Shown here piece after piece: positions 37,977-49,622 of a DNA stretch of 64,000 bases. Below the pieces are notes generated by a model. The model did no database searches. It saw only the letters and a list, made by a program, of their open reading frames with translations, and was not told the origin of the DNA. The position numbers and the translations under genes are program-made. Numbering within the stretch: position 1 is the first letter of the stretch; every line of letters starts with the position of its first letter. Origin of the DNA: Octopus bimaculoides (Eukaryota); NCBI RefSeq assembly GCF_001194135.2, contig NC_068992.1, positions 339,677 through 403,676 on the forward strand. Reading direction: 5' to 3'.

Positions 37977-38358
37977 AGTGGCTGTGTGGTAAGTAGCTTG
38001 CTTACCAACAACATGGTTCTGGGTTCAGTCTCACTGTGTGGCACCTTGAGCAAGTGTCTTCTACTATAGCCTCGGGCCGACCAAAACCTTGTGAGTGGAT
38101 TTGGTAGACGGAAACTGAAAGAAGCCCGTCGTATATATTTGTATATGTATATATATGTGTGTCTGTGTTTGTCCTCCCAACATCGCTTGACAATCGATGC
38201 TGGTGTGTTTACATCCCCGTAACTTAGCGGTTCAGCAAAAGAGACTGATAGAATAAGTACTAGGCTTACAAAGAATAAGTCCTGGGGTCAATTTGCTCAA
38301 TTAAAGGCAGTGCTCCAGCATGGCCGCAGTCAAATGACTGAAACAAGTGAAAGAGTAA
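37977..38358 (+). mobile_element. tRNA-derived SINE family A (full-length representative)
   Basis: A-box TGGCTGTGTGG, B-box GGTTCAGTC, GGCACCTTGRGCAAG core, internal (TA/TG)n, tail ..GACTGAAACAAGT. About 20 copies or fragments, e.g. 3423-3803(-), 5097-5310(-), 14095-14270(-), 15815-15952(-), 22422-22625, 43357-43510, 44660-44870(-), 61340-61475(-). Confidence 0.9.
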
Positions 38359-39282
38359 GGGCAGTGAGCTGGCAGAATCGTTAGGGTGCCAGGCGGAATG
38401 GTCAGCAGCATTTGGCCCGTCTTTGTGTTCTGGGTTCAAGTTCTGCTGAGGCTGACTGTCTTCCATCCTTTCAGGGTTGTTAAGATAAGTACCAGTTGAA
38501 TACTTGGGTTGATGGAATAGACTTAGCCCCCCTCCCTCAAACCTGCTGGCCTTTTGCCAATGCTTGAAACTAATATTCTTTTCTACTCTACGCACAAGGC
38601 CCGATATTTTGGGGGAGGGGCCAGTCGATTAGATGACTCCACGATGCAACTGGTACTTAATTTATCAACCCCAAAAGGATGAAAGGCAAAGTTGACCTCG
38701 GCGGAATTTGAACTCAGAGCGTAAAGACAGACGAAATACCGCTAAGCATTTCGCCTGGAGGTTTGAAACTAATATTAATTCAATTAAAAGAGGTGAGCTG
38801 GCAGAATCGTTAGTACCCTGGGTAAGATGCTTAGCGGCATTTCATCCATCTTCACATTCTGAGTTCAAATTCTGTTGGGATTGACTTTGCCTTACTAGGT
38901 ACCAGTTGAATACTGGGGTTGAAGGAATCGACTTAACCCCCCTCTCCCAGTATTGCTGGCCTTGTGCCAAAATTTGAAACCAATATTATTTGAATTAATA
39001 TGGTAAGTATAGAAGTTCTTCAACAAAGCATAAAACTCTATTGCACTTGGAAAAATGGTGATCATATGTTAACAGGAATATGATGGAGAGGTGAGCACAT
39101 CACGAGACCTTTAGAGAGATTATCATGCAGTATACGTTGTCCTGGTTGTCTCCATTCTGGGTTCAAATGCCATTAAGATCGCCTCTACCTTTCATGAAGT
39201 ACCAGTCCTGTACTCCTTTCTTTCTCTCTTATTTCCTTTTTCTTTTTTTCTTTCTCTCTCTTTGTCTCTCTCTCTCTCTCTG

Positions 39283-39314
<32 letters not shown>

Positions 39315-39704
39315 ACTGTCTTTCTCTCTCTCTCTCTACCCCCTCCCTCTCTGTTTTTCTTTCTACAAGGAATTGGTTATTGTCAGATCTGCACATGGAC
39401 GGAGCCTGCCATATCTAAAATGGTACCTAAGACGTCCTATATACCATGAAGGTATCTGATTGTTATGATGCTGCTGCTCTATGTCCTAAGGGTGTCTGTA
39501 TGTAACGTCATCAGGAGTTGAAGCCCCATAGCAGCGCAAGACAAACCATTGCATTTATACTGATGGCACCTTCGAGTAAGTGCCCTCACTGATCTATTTC
39601 TTCTTAAGATACACAAACTTTTCTCTCCTACTCTTGAACCAGGACTCCTAAACCAGGACTACCATGTTATGTTGGCAAACAATGTTTACTCCGACGTACT
39701 GTTA

Positions 39705-39924
39705 CTCTTTTACTCTTTTACTTGTTTCAGTCATTTGACTGCAGCCATGCTGGAGCACCACCTTTAGTCGAGCAAATCGCCCCCAGGACTTATTCTTTGT
39801 ATGCCTAGTACTTATTCTATCAGTCTCTTTTGCTGAACTGCTAAGTTACGGGGGACGTAAACACACCAGCATCAGTTGTCAAGCGATGTTGTTGGTGGTG
39901 GTGGTGGTGGTGGGGACAAACACG

Positions 39925-39960
<36 letters not shown>

Positions 39961-40139
39961 NNNNNNNNNNNNNNNNNNNNNNNNNNNNNNNNNNNNNNNN
40001 NNNNNNNNNNNNNNNNNNNNNNNNNNNNNNNNNNNNNNNNNNNNNNNNNNNNNNNNNNNNNNNNNNNNNNNNNNNNNNNNNNNNNNNNNNNNNNNNNNNN
40101 NNNNNNNNNNNNNNNNNNNNNNNNNNNNNNNNNNNNNNN

Positions 40140-40188
<49 letters not shown>

Positions 40189-40380
40189 TACATATATCTA
40201 TATATCTATACATATATACGACGGACTTCTTTCAGTTTCCGTCTACCAAATCCACTCACAAGGCTTTGGTCAGCCCGAGGCTGTAGTAGAAGACACCTGC
40301 CCAAGGTGCCACGCAGTGGGACTGAACCCGGAACCATGTGGTTCGTAAGCAAGCTACTTACCACACAGCTACTCCTACGC
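39705..40380 (-). mobile_element. SINE family A copy spanning an assembly gap
   Basis: Tail at 39705-39920, (CA)n and gap in the middle, head at 40210-40380. Confidence 0.88.
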
Positions 40381-40386
40381 CTATAA

Positions 40387-40454
40387 AAATGATGAACAAC
40401 CTTAATCATTTTTCGAACATTATTAGGTTCTCATCAGAGGTGTCCACATCATTT
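40387..40454 (-). ncRNA. Type I hammerhead ribozyme fold with extended, bulged stem I
   Basis: Minus strand reads AAAUGAU-GU-GGAC-ACCU-CUGAUGA-GAAC(CUAAUAAU)GUUC-GAAA-AAUGA-UUA-AGGU-U-GUUC-AUCAUUU. All core nucleotides are present. Confidence 0.75.
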
Positions 40455-41424
40455 AGACAATGTCCGAAATTGTTGCTGAATATCTCTCGTTACGAGATTT
40501 AAAGATAGTAATTTTCTAATTTATAGATCAGTGACTAGTTACCACTTTGACTGCGGCCATGCTGGAGCACCACCTTTAGTCGAGCAAATCGACCCCAGGA
40601 CTTATTCTTTGTAAGCCATACTATAAAAATCCATGGTTTTGCTGCTCCAGCTATGTGACACCATATTGTGAACTTTTTTATAAACTATCCAGACTATCTT
40701 CAAATTTGTCGGTCTTCTCTTATAATTCTTCATTACCATTTGGTCAATCAACAATTGTGTTCCTGCTGCCCTTCCTACATGTGTTTTGTTTCAATGACAA
40801 CATTCCTTTATCCTCAACAGACCCATACACCTCTACTGTTAATATACCTGTGAGAGGCTTCCATATAAAAGGGAGGTAAGTTATTAGCCTGAAAGAAGAA
40901 AGTGTTCTCCTTTGCAATATCCTTTACACACAGCACAGTTCTTTTGGGGTGGGGGTCACCTCACTGGTGGACTGTCATCTCTTGAAACGAAAATTTCCAG
41001 ACGATGTAGGATAGTTTTAGTTTCATCTAACAAATGCTCATGGAAACTTTTGGTTCCAATATGAGGCATACTGTTGGAACAACACGGTATAATGATTCCA
41101 CCTTGGTGGTGGCTTCTCACAAGTGTGTGGGGGAGTGGTGTGTCCTTTTTTGTACAATTAATTTAATTATGTCAGGGTATGTGTGGAGTGGTAGTTAATT
41201 TCTTGTATGGAAAATATATACAAATTTNNNNNNNNNNACATTGTTTTACATATGAAGGGACCTTGTTGCCAGAATAAATGAAAAAATTGCTATTTTTATT
41301 GAGTGCCTGATGACAAAAATATCAAAACAGTGAAGAAAATAAAAGTCTTGCAATGTTTTGCTGGATCTTTTTAACCTCTGGCTATCTCTCCCACAAAATG
41401 TGTGGCTTTGTGCCTATGTTAGAC

Positions 41425-41476
<52 letters not shown>

Positions 41477-41925
41477 GAGTGAGAGAGCAGTGCATGCCAT
41501 CAAAGTGACACTGGGATAAAATATACGAAGCCCATTATACCCATCATGACTACCCGTCTGATAAGGGTACACCAGGCACATGCATCACAACCATATGTGT
41601 GCGACATAGTGATCTCATATCAAGATAAACAGCGCATGACCTCGCAGGTGGGGCCCAGTTAGAATTTTCTTTAGGTCGAGTAGCCCATCCCGCTCAAAAA
41701 GCCCTTGAATAAGGTTTGTCTAAGGATGTTGAGCAAAACACCCATGTTTCCAAAGGTGAATTATTCAAACCCCAACAAATTCCTCTCAACGCATGGCTAT
41801 GATGCTCCCCGACTACTTCTGCTCATGATCAGAGATGCACATATCGTCAGCCACCAAGGGACATGCTCAACTGGTTAAGGTCAAACTACTGACAAGCAAA
41901 TCTGTGGTATTAAGCAGAATATTAG
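41477..41925 (-). mobile_element. Unclassified retroposon with (TAA)n tail
   Basis: Abuts a long (TTA)n tract at 41427-41476; a partial second copy lies at about 25320-25490. Confidence 0.6.
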
Positions 41926-42527
41926 CTCTGACTGATTTTCTATTGTTATTTTGTATCTTTATTGTCTTTAATACTGTATAACGAATAATTTACTCTATAT
42001 CAAGACATCTGTTGCTCAACTTAAAGATCTTTTTACTCAGCTGTTACAGAAATAAAAAATAGAATAAGTCTCATTGATTTTTTTCCCTTTGACAGACGAA
42101 AAACTTATGGAATGTGTTATTTCCCTTGTTCAAGGGACTTAACTCTATTTGCTTTCTCGCACCTGACACCCTCTTTTCGTTTGAGGAGAAGTGGTCGAGT
42201 ACAAAGTCAATGATTCCTCTACGGGTCTTGGTAACAAAGCAAGTGAAGCAGTTCCTACTGAAAATCGAGCTTACACACTATCGTTTTGTAAAGGATGTTA
42301 ATTAAATAACGAGGAGGACGGCTTCAGTCAGACATAAAAAGTGAACACACACACGCACACATCAATCGATCAATCAGTCAGTCATTTAACGTCCATGCTC
42401 TACGATGTCATGGATTGGATACACTCTACACATACACACAACACGTGTGTGTATGTTTGTATGTGTGTCGAGTGCATACTAACATATGTACGTATACGCG
42501 AAGGTAAAGAATACGCACACGCGCTGT

Positions 42528-42550
42528 TTAGGGTTAGGGTTAGGGTTAGG
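42528..42550 (+). repeat. Short interstitial telomeric repeat (TTAGGG)3-TTAGG
   Basis: Read directly from the sequence. Confidence 0.8.
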
Positions 42551-43140
42551 AGTCCGCTGAAAATATACATATTCATATGTATAATAAGCATATTGTCTCA
42601 TTACGAAATTCAGCCTGCAATATAGACTCCTGTTTGAAAACAGAATACTTAAGCACAGAATAAATAATGAATTTCTGTCACCCAAACTGTTATCGTGTGA
42701 GATAAAATATTGCTCACAGTTCAGCTTGTACTACTACTGCTACTACAAATATATTATGTCGTTGACAAAGTATATTACAACTTAGGACTACTGTCAGTTT
42801 CTTCTACTACATAATGATTACACAAACTATTCTATTGACACTAAGTACATATGTTGCCTCACTCATTAAGTGTTAAGTACCATGCTGTGGCTAGCCAAAT
42901 CTTTACTGGTCTGACCAAACAACTATTCACCTTTCTTTTATATATTTCTGACCTTATGCCTGCCCATATAAGAAGACGTGTTGCATGGCTCTATCCATTT
43001 TAGATAAATTAACACTGAAATGCATCTCAGTTTCACCTCAGACCCTTAGCATTCAGATTACTCGGACAAATGGAACGATTATTTATTCACATTGTTTTGA
43101 ATTAATCAGGCATTACCTCATAGCTTCAAGATTCTGACTC

Positions 43141-43223
<83 letters not shown>

Positions 43224-43899
43224 ACGTTCGTTTTTAGAATGATATCACAGGGTATGCTTAAGAGGCTGAATCTGGCTGGTTTGAACTACAACCTTGGGCA
43301 ACTTTTTAAATTCCATATGGCTAACACTTGTGGACATGCTTACAAAATATGCACAGGAGTGGCTGTGTGGTAAGTAGTTTGCTTACCAATCACATGGTTC
43401 ATGGTTCAGTCCCACTACTTGGCACATTGGGCAAGTGGTTTCTACTATAGCCTCAGGCCAACCAAAGCGTTGTGAGTGGATTTGGTAGATGGAAAACTGA
43501 AAGAAGCCTTTATTTACCGACCCCGCCCACCAAAAAAAAAAAAAGGATGAAAAGCAATGTTGACCTTAGTAGAATTTGAACTCAGAATATAAAGGCTCAT
43601 GAAATACTGCTAAGCATTTTGTCTGATGTGCTAATGATTCTACCAGCTCACAGCCTTATATGTAAAGTCATCATCATCATTTAACGTGCGTTGTGATGAC
43701 AATGACTTTACATATAAATCAGTAAATTATTTCTAACACAGGTAGAAGACCAGAAGATTAATGAGACAGGTATTTATTTTATCAACACTGAAAAGATGAA
43801 AAAGGTAAAGTTGATCATAAGCAGGATTTGAACTGAGAATGTGGAGGGTTGGAACACTTATTGATGATGATAATGATATTCTTTCATTTTCCAAAATAT

Positions 43900-44245
43900 C
43901 AATGTATATACGTATTTAATGTGGATGGAACTTGTTGAAGTGGGAGACCTAGGAAGATATGGGATGAAGTACTGAAGGTTGTCTCAAGACACTGAGCCTT
44001 TTGAAGGAAATCACAAACGACCGAGATATCTGGTGTCTTGCTGTACTCAGGAAGACCTGTCTGCCATGGCAGAACTGGTGCCACATAAAAAAGCACCCAG
44101 TACACTCTGTGGAGTGGTTGGTGTTAGGAAAGGCATCTAGCTGTAGAAACCATGCCAGAACAGACAATGGAGCCCCTGGCCTTACCAGCTTCAGTCAAAC
44201 TGTCCAACCCATGCTAGCATGGAATTTAAATGATGATGATGACAG
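43900..44245 (+). mobile_element. RTE LINE 3' end
   Basis: GRPRKIWDEVLK remnant plus the same 3' UTR and (GAT)n tail as 54121-54870. Confidence 0.82.
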
Positions 44246-44980
44246 TATGATGGATGACCAAGTGAAATATTATACAAATAACAAATATAAAAAAATGTTG
44301 TGCATTATATTACTGCCCCATATATTTTAATAGTGTCATATATGGAAAACACATTCATACTTCCTTCTCTCACTCTCTTCCTTTCTCTCTCTCTCTCTTT
44401 TCCTTCCTCTCCCTCTTCCTCCCATCACAGAACTGGCGACACTTCATCTTTGCTTATACGTCTCCACTGATTATTAGTCTCGCACCAGACACATTAATCA
44501 GTAAACACTGGACTGTAATTGCCTTCTCATAATCTAGAATTACATAAAAACACATTGAGAATGACTGGCAAACCTATCTCACATCGGTTGGTGTTGGATC
44601 GGTTTTGGGCCAAAATCACTGTCGGGTTTGCAGTATTCTATTTGGCAATCTTCTGTTTTTTGATTCTTTTATTCTTTTCAGTCATTTGATTGCAGCCATG
44701 CTGGAGCACTGCCTTCAGTCGAACAAATCGACCCCAGGACTTATTCTTTGAAAGCCTAGTACTTATTCTGTTGGTCTCTTTCGCTGAACCGATAAGTGAC
44801 GGGTTGTAAACACACCAACATTGGTTGTCAAGCGATGGTGGGGGTACAGACACAGACACAAACACACACACATACATATATATATATTTAGGGTGGCGAG
44901 TTGGCAGAATCGTTAGCACACTGGGCGAAATGTATAGCGCTATTTTGTCTGCGGTTACATTCTGAGTTCAATTTCTGCCA

Positions 44981-45110
44981 AACACAATGTTTCGGCTGAT
45001 ATACATTCCAGCCTTCATCAGGTGTCTTGGGGAAATTTCGAACCTGGGTCCTCATTGTGTTAACAACAAGCAAGATGAGGACAAATATCTGTCATAATGT
45101 AAATAATGTG
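44981..45110. mobile_element. Penelope-like terminal-repeat fragment with an inversion junction
   Basis: 44981-45055 has the same orientation as 7476-7551. From 45056 the adjacent part of the element (TGTGTTAACAAC..GAGGACAAATATC) appears in the opposite orientation. Confidence 0.65.
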
Positions 45111-45831
45111 GGTAATCCCTCATCTCTTGAATATAGAGCTGTAAACCCTGTTGTATATGTATGTATGTCTGTGAGTGTGTGTTTGCACCCTAGCCTTGAG
45201 ATCACATGATGGTTATAAATGAGCATCTTGGTCATGCAAGCAATGTTGTTTGTTTCTAGCCTTCTTTGAAAAACCTGCCTGATCATGAGGAAATATTAGC
45301 TTGTTTGGAAACAAGGGTTCACAAAGGGGAAAGCAATTCAGCTGTGGAAAATCTGGCTCAACAAATTCCATCTGACCCATGCTTACATGGAAAAGTAGAT
45401 GTTAATTGAGGATAATTGAGGTGGTAGTAGGATGTGATTTGAGGGAGATTTGGCTGTTATCGTTAACAGATTGAGTAACCATATAGAAGTTCTTCCTCTG
45501 CTGTTGTTGCTGTTGCTTGTTAATGAGTTAATCATATTATGGATATGTTGTGTACAGTTTGAGATTATATCATATATTATTGCTAAGAGATTCATTGTGA
45601 TCTCTTGTATTAAAGGTTTATGGTTAATGTTCTTGTTGTGCAACTGAAGATGGGATTGCTCTGACCGTTTCTGAATTAAGTTAAAGAACCCGAAGTAAAA
45701 AGGAGCAGTGGAGAATCATAAGCTAATGAGATTCCTCTATATGAAATATAGCTAAAGAAAGAAATTGGAGCTAAAATGGCTGCTAAAAATATCTGCTAAA
45801 TCTTCCTCAAATTCCACCAAAGTCATATGGA

Positions 45832-45869
<38 letters not shown>

Positions 45870-46004
45870 AGTGTGCATCTCAGTTGAACGGATCTTCTAA
45901 ATCCCTGTGACAAAAGGTGGTGGCATCGGGATGGATGTCCACATGTAAAAGACTACCTCAAAATGTCCCATCAGCTGATGCCAACTTGGGAATGTTGCTG
46001 TATC

Positions 46005-46625
46005 TATGACAACAGGGATGAAGATGTGTGGATGTGAAGCAACTGTAACAGCAAGAGTGAGACTTGGCTGGGTGAAGTTCAGGGAATGTGGAGCCATTGT
46101 TATATGAGAAAAGGTTGTCATTGAAGATAAAAGGAAAGGTCTGTAGGAGTTGTGTGAGAACTGCAATGCTGTATGGGAGTGAGATATGGTGTCTGAGGGA
46201 GAGAGAGAGAGAGATGGCAATTTTGAGAAGGACTGAGAGCAGTGGTGAGAGAGATGTGGCGTGTTTGATAAGAGGAGGACTGAAGATTTGATAGGAATGC
46301 TGGGGTTGGAGGAATCAGTGGAACAACTGGCAAGGGCGAATGGAGTGTGGTGGTAATGGACATGTGATGAGGAGGGACGAGGAGCATGTTCTGAGGAGGG
46401 TGCTTGAGTTTGAGGTAAATGGACAGCGAAAGCGAGGTAGACCGAGGAAAATGTGGAGGGGACAGGTGGGGGAGGAGATTGGGAGGGTTTGGCTTGAGAA
46501 GGGAGGATGCCCCAAACCTGGTGAGATGGTGTGAGGGTGGTTGCTATGGCATTGAGGTAGATCCAGCCACCCCTATCAACAGGGACAAAACCCGGATTCA
46601 AAATGATGGATGAGGATGATTATGA
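46005..46625 (+). mobile_element. RTE-clade LINE 3' fragment
   Basis: ARVRLGWVKFRE..KIKGKVCRSCVRTAMLYGSEIW..GHVMRRDEEHVLRRVLEFEVNGQRKRGRPRKMW, frameshifted, followed by a GAT-rich tail. Confidence 0.92.
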
Positions 46626-48349
46626 GGATGATATCGTTCTTGATATACAAAAAGCAGAAGTTAGCACAATTATGTTTGGAATGACGTCAATTTAGATATA
46701 CACCTACTCTCTTAGACTTTTCATAATTTCTTTGTGAATTCATATTTTGTGAGCAGATATTTCAATACTTTATGATCTTGGCCATGTTACTGTTGCTTCT
46801 AAGACAAGAACTGTTCGTGGCTTTCCCACATGCATTGAATATATAAGTGAAAGCAGTTCTCTGTCAAGAATTGAAACTGATTACCACACCTTTGTATCCT
46901 TTAATCTCCTTGGTGAGGGCTGGGGTCTGGGGGCTGGCTTCCTTATTTTCTTAACTGATACCAACCTCAGAATGAAAACAAAAAGCAGTCGGTAAATTAA
47001 TAAATATATGCATTAATAGGCTGGGTCTCGCTGTTATATGCATTAATAATTATAGCTTCTTCAAGATCTGTGTGATTTGATCCAGACCTCACATTACATG
47101 AACATCTCATCCAGTAGGAAAAAAAACCCTTGAGCTAATATCCTTTAAATGCAAGACGGTGAGCTGGCTGAATCATTAGTACACTGGGCAAAATGCTTAG
47201 TGGCATTTTGCTCACCTATACATTCTGAGTTCAAATTCCACTGAAGTCGACTTTGCCATTTATCCTTTCGAGGTTGATAAAGTAAGCACCAGTTGAATAC
47301 TGAAGTTGATGTAATTGACTTACCTCCTCCCCCGAAATTGCTGGCCTTGTGCCAAACTTTTAAACCAATATTTGTGAAATATCACAAATCTCTCAGCACA
47401 GTAACTCACTCTCTCACCTCTCTATATCTATCATTTATTTTTCTCTATTTCTTCCTGTTTCTTTCTCTATAATTCTATCTTTTACTCTGTCTGTCAGTCT
47501 GCTTGTCTATCTGTCAATTTCTCTCTCTCTCTTCCTCCCTCTCTCAGTTCCCTTAAAGCAAAACAGTAAATATTATACCTGCCAAAGTTTCTTATCAATT
47601 TCTCATGGCTAATTTCAGAAACAACATCTGTAACCTATACACTTTCTGGTTTTATTATTTTCTTATTTATTTCCTCTTCATCGTTTCAGATTCTTTTACT
47701 GATGCCAAAATGTTGCTCATAATCTATATTTGGGTTCTGTTTGCGGGGCAGACAGTAAACAGCTGGTTGGGTATTTAAGTCAGCATCACACATTTATGAA
47801 TTCTAATGTACTAATGGCTGGGTGAATAACATATAAAATGTGAGTTCTAATTCACATTAGAGTACACTTGAATAACTATCATTGCCTCACTTCTTGTAAC
47901 TTGTAGAGAAAATATCTTAAATTTCTTTTGGAAAGATTTCTGCAATAGACTATTTTCTAGCCATGGAATTATTTGTCTCTCACTTGTTTCATATGGAATC
48001 TAGAATTGGCTCTCTAAATCAGTGTAGTTTGTGAAAAAGAATAAATTTAATTTGCCATTGGTAGCAGAGCAAAATCTAATATTTGTAAACTGTTTAATAA
48101 ACAGATGAGAATGCAGCAGAGAGGAACAACTTGGTGTTGTAGGTAGAGACATCACTGTTAAATTGTAAAGCTGAGTTCAGCTTCTGTCTTGGAGAATCTC
48201 AAGCATCACCAAGCAGAATTCACCAATTACACTACAGAAAAATGAAGTCTTCATTGACTTAATTACTGTTGTAATTTCTTGAAATTGCAAGAAAGGCTTG
48301 CTTTGGTTTCTGAATTTGAAAGAAAGATTTGCTTTGGTTTCTGAATTCA

Positions 48350-48363
48350 GTTACTATGGAAAC
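48350..48363. promoter_or_regulatory. RFX X-box-like site (GTTACTATGGAAAC)
   Basis: Fits GTTRCYATRGHAAC; about 1 kb upstream of exon 49396. Confidence 0.45.
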
Positions 48364-48819
48364 AAGACTTGAGACTTTTTGTTTTTTCAAAGACCGAGCT
48401 CTGAGTGAGAAAGGATTATGAGAATATGAGCCACTAACTTTTTGGCTGGTTTTCTGAAATGTTACCAGCTCAGCCAACTGTGTTTTCTGTCCCTCATAAA
48501 GTCTATAAATAAATTCTCACATTGGTTCTGGGCCAAAATTTTTAAAAGTATATTGTTTATTGAATCATGTCCAGTACACCATTGATCTTTAGCAGCAAAA
48601 ATTTAAAGCCAACCCTAGCGGGATTTGAAATCAGTTTGTAGAGAAAGGAATTACACGCTATAAGGCATTTAGTTTGACTCTTTACCATTTCTGCCATGTC
48701 TGTGTCCTAATATTTAAATCTTTTTATTTGAGTGAAAAAATAATCTTTTCATTGGGAAAATATAGAAGATTCTGTTCAATGATTAATAAGTGCATGAAAA
48801 CATAAAACTGAAACTCCAT

Positions 48820-48857
<38 letters not shown>

Positions 48858-49395
48858 TGCACATGTGTGCACCTGTTTACATTGTCTTATTAGTACTGTT
48901 GTGAGAACAAAGACTGTATCTTTGGATATTCCTATCTATTTATTTAGCAAACACATTAATGCCAGGCCTCTCAGAGATGTTCTTCAACAATATTATTACC
49001 AAGACTTTTGATTGAAAGAAATCACTAGAGCATTCTGAAAGATCCATCCTGTCTTTTGAATACAATGTCTTTCTCTGTGATCTCAATCTTTTCATAAATA
49101 TTCTTCTTTGGAAATTGTTAGCATATAAAATCCCACTGACCATTCAATTAAGGTGCTGGACTACCGACCATCTGATCATAAATTGTGATTTTTATATTGG
49201 AGCAATTGTTATGCACTTAAACACATTTTACATCGATTTATAATGTTATTATTGTGAATAGTCATAAGACAGCAAAAGAAAATAAAAGAATTTTGAAAAA
49301 ATTAAATATCAAAATATAGAAATTCAATTGTAAAAAAGCAAAAAACAAAAACAAACAGAAAAAAAAACATCCCTTAAAATGTTGATCTCTTTCAG

Positions 49396-49622
49396 GCTCA
49401 CAAAGATGATTTGAACCAACGTGTTCGGGATTTGAAAATGTTGGAGCTCTACCGCCAACAAACCAAACGGGAATGCATTATGAACATGTTAAACTCCAGT
49501 ATTACCAAAGAACATGTAATCTTTCCTAGCTTTGCTGCAGCTGAGTTCTTTGAATTTGTTCTCCTCAATCCAAGTGATGTACAAGAAATGGTCACTATTG
49601 AATATGATGATTCTGATCTAAG
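49396..49622 (+). CDS. NPHP4: NPHP4 exon (AHKDDLNQRVRDLKMLELYRQQTK...AAEFFEFVLLNP...DSDL)
   Basis: tttcag| acceptor, AG|gtaagc donor; resembles human RDLQVIAAYRERTK..VAEFFEFVLKNP. Phase 0 to 2. Confidence 0.97.

Noticed and set aside
37977-38060. tRNA-like heads with A and B boxes
   Set aside because: These are SINE 5' ends with no complete cloverleaf, so they are not called tRNA genes.
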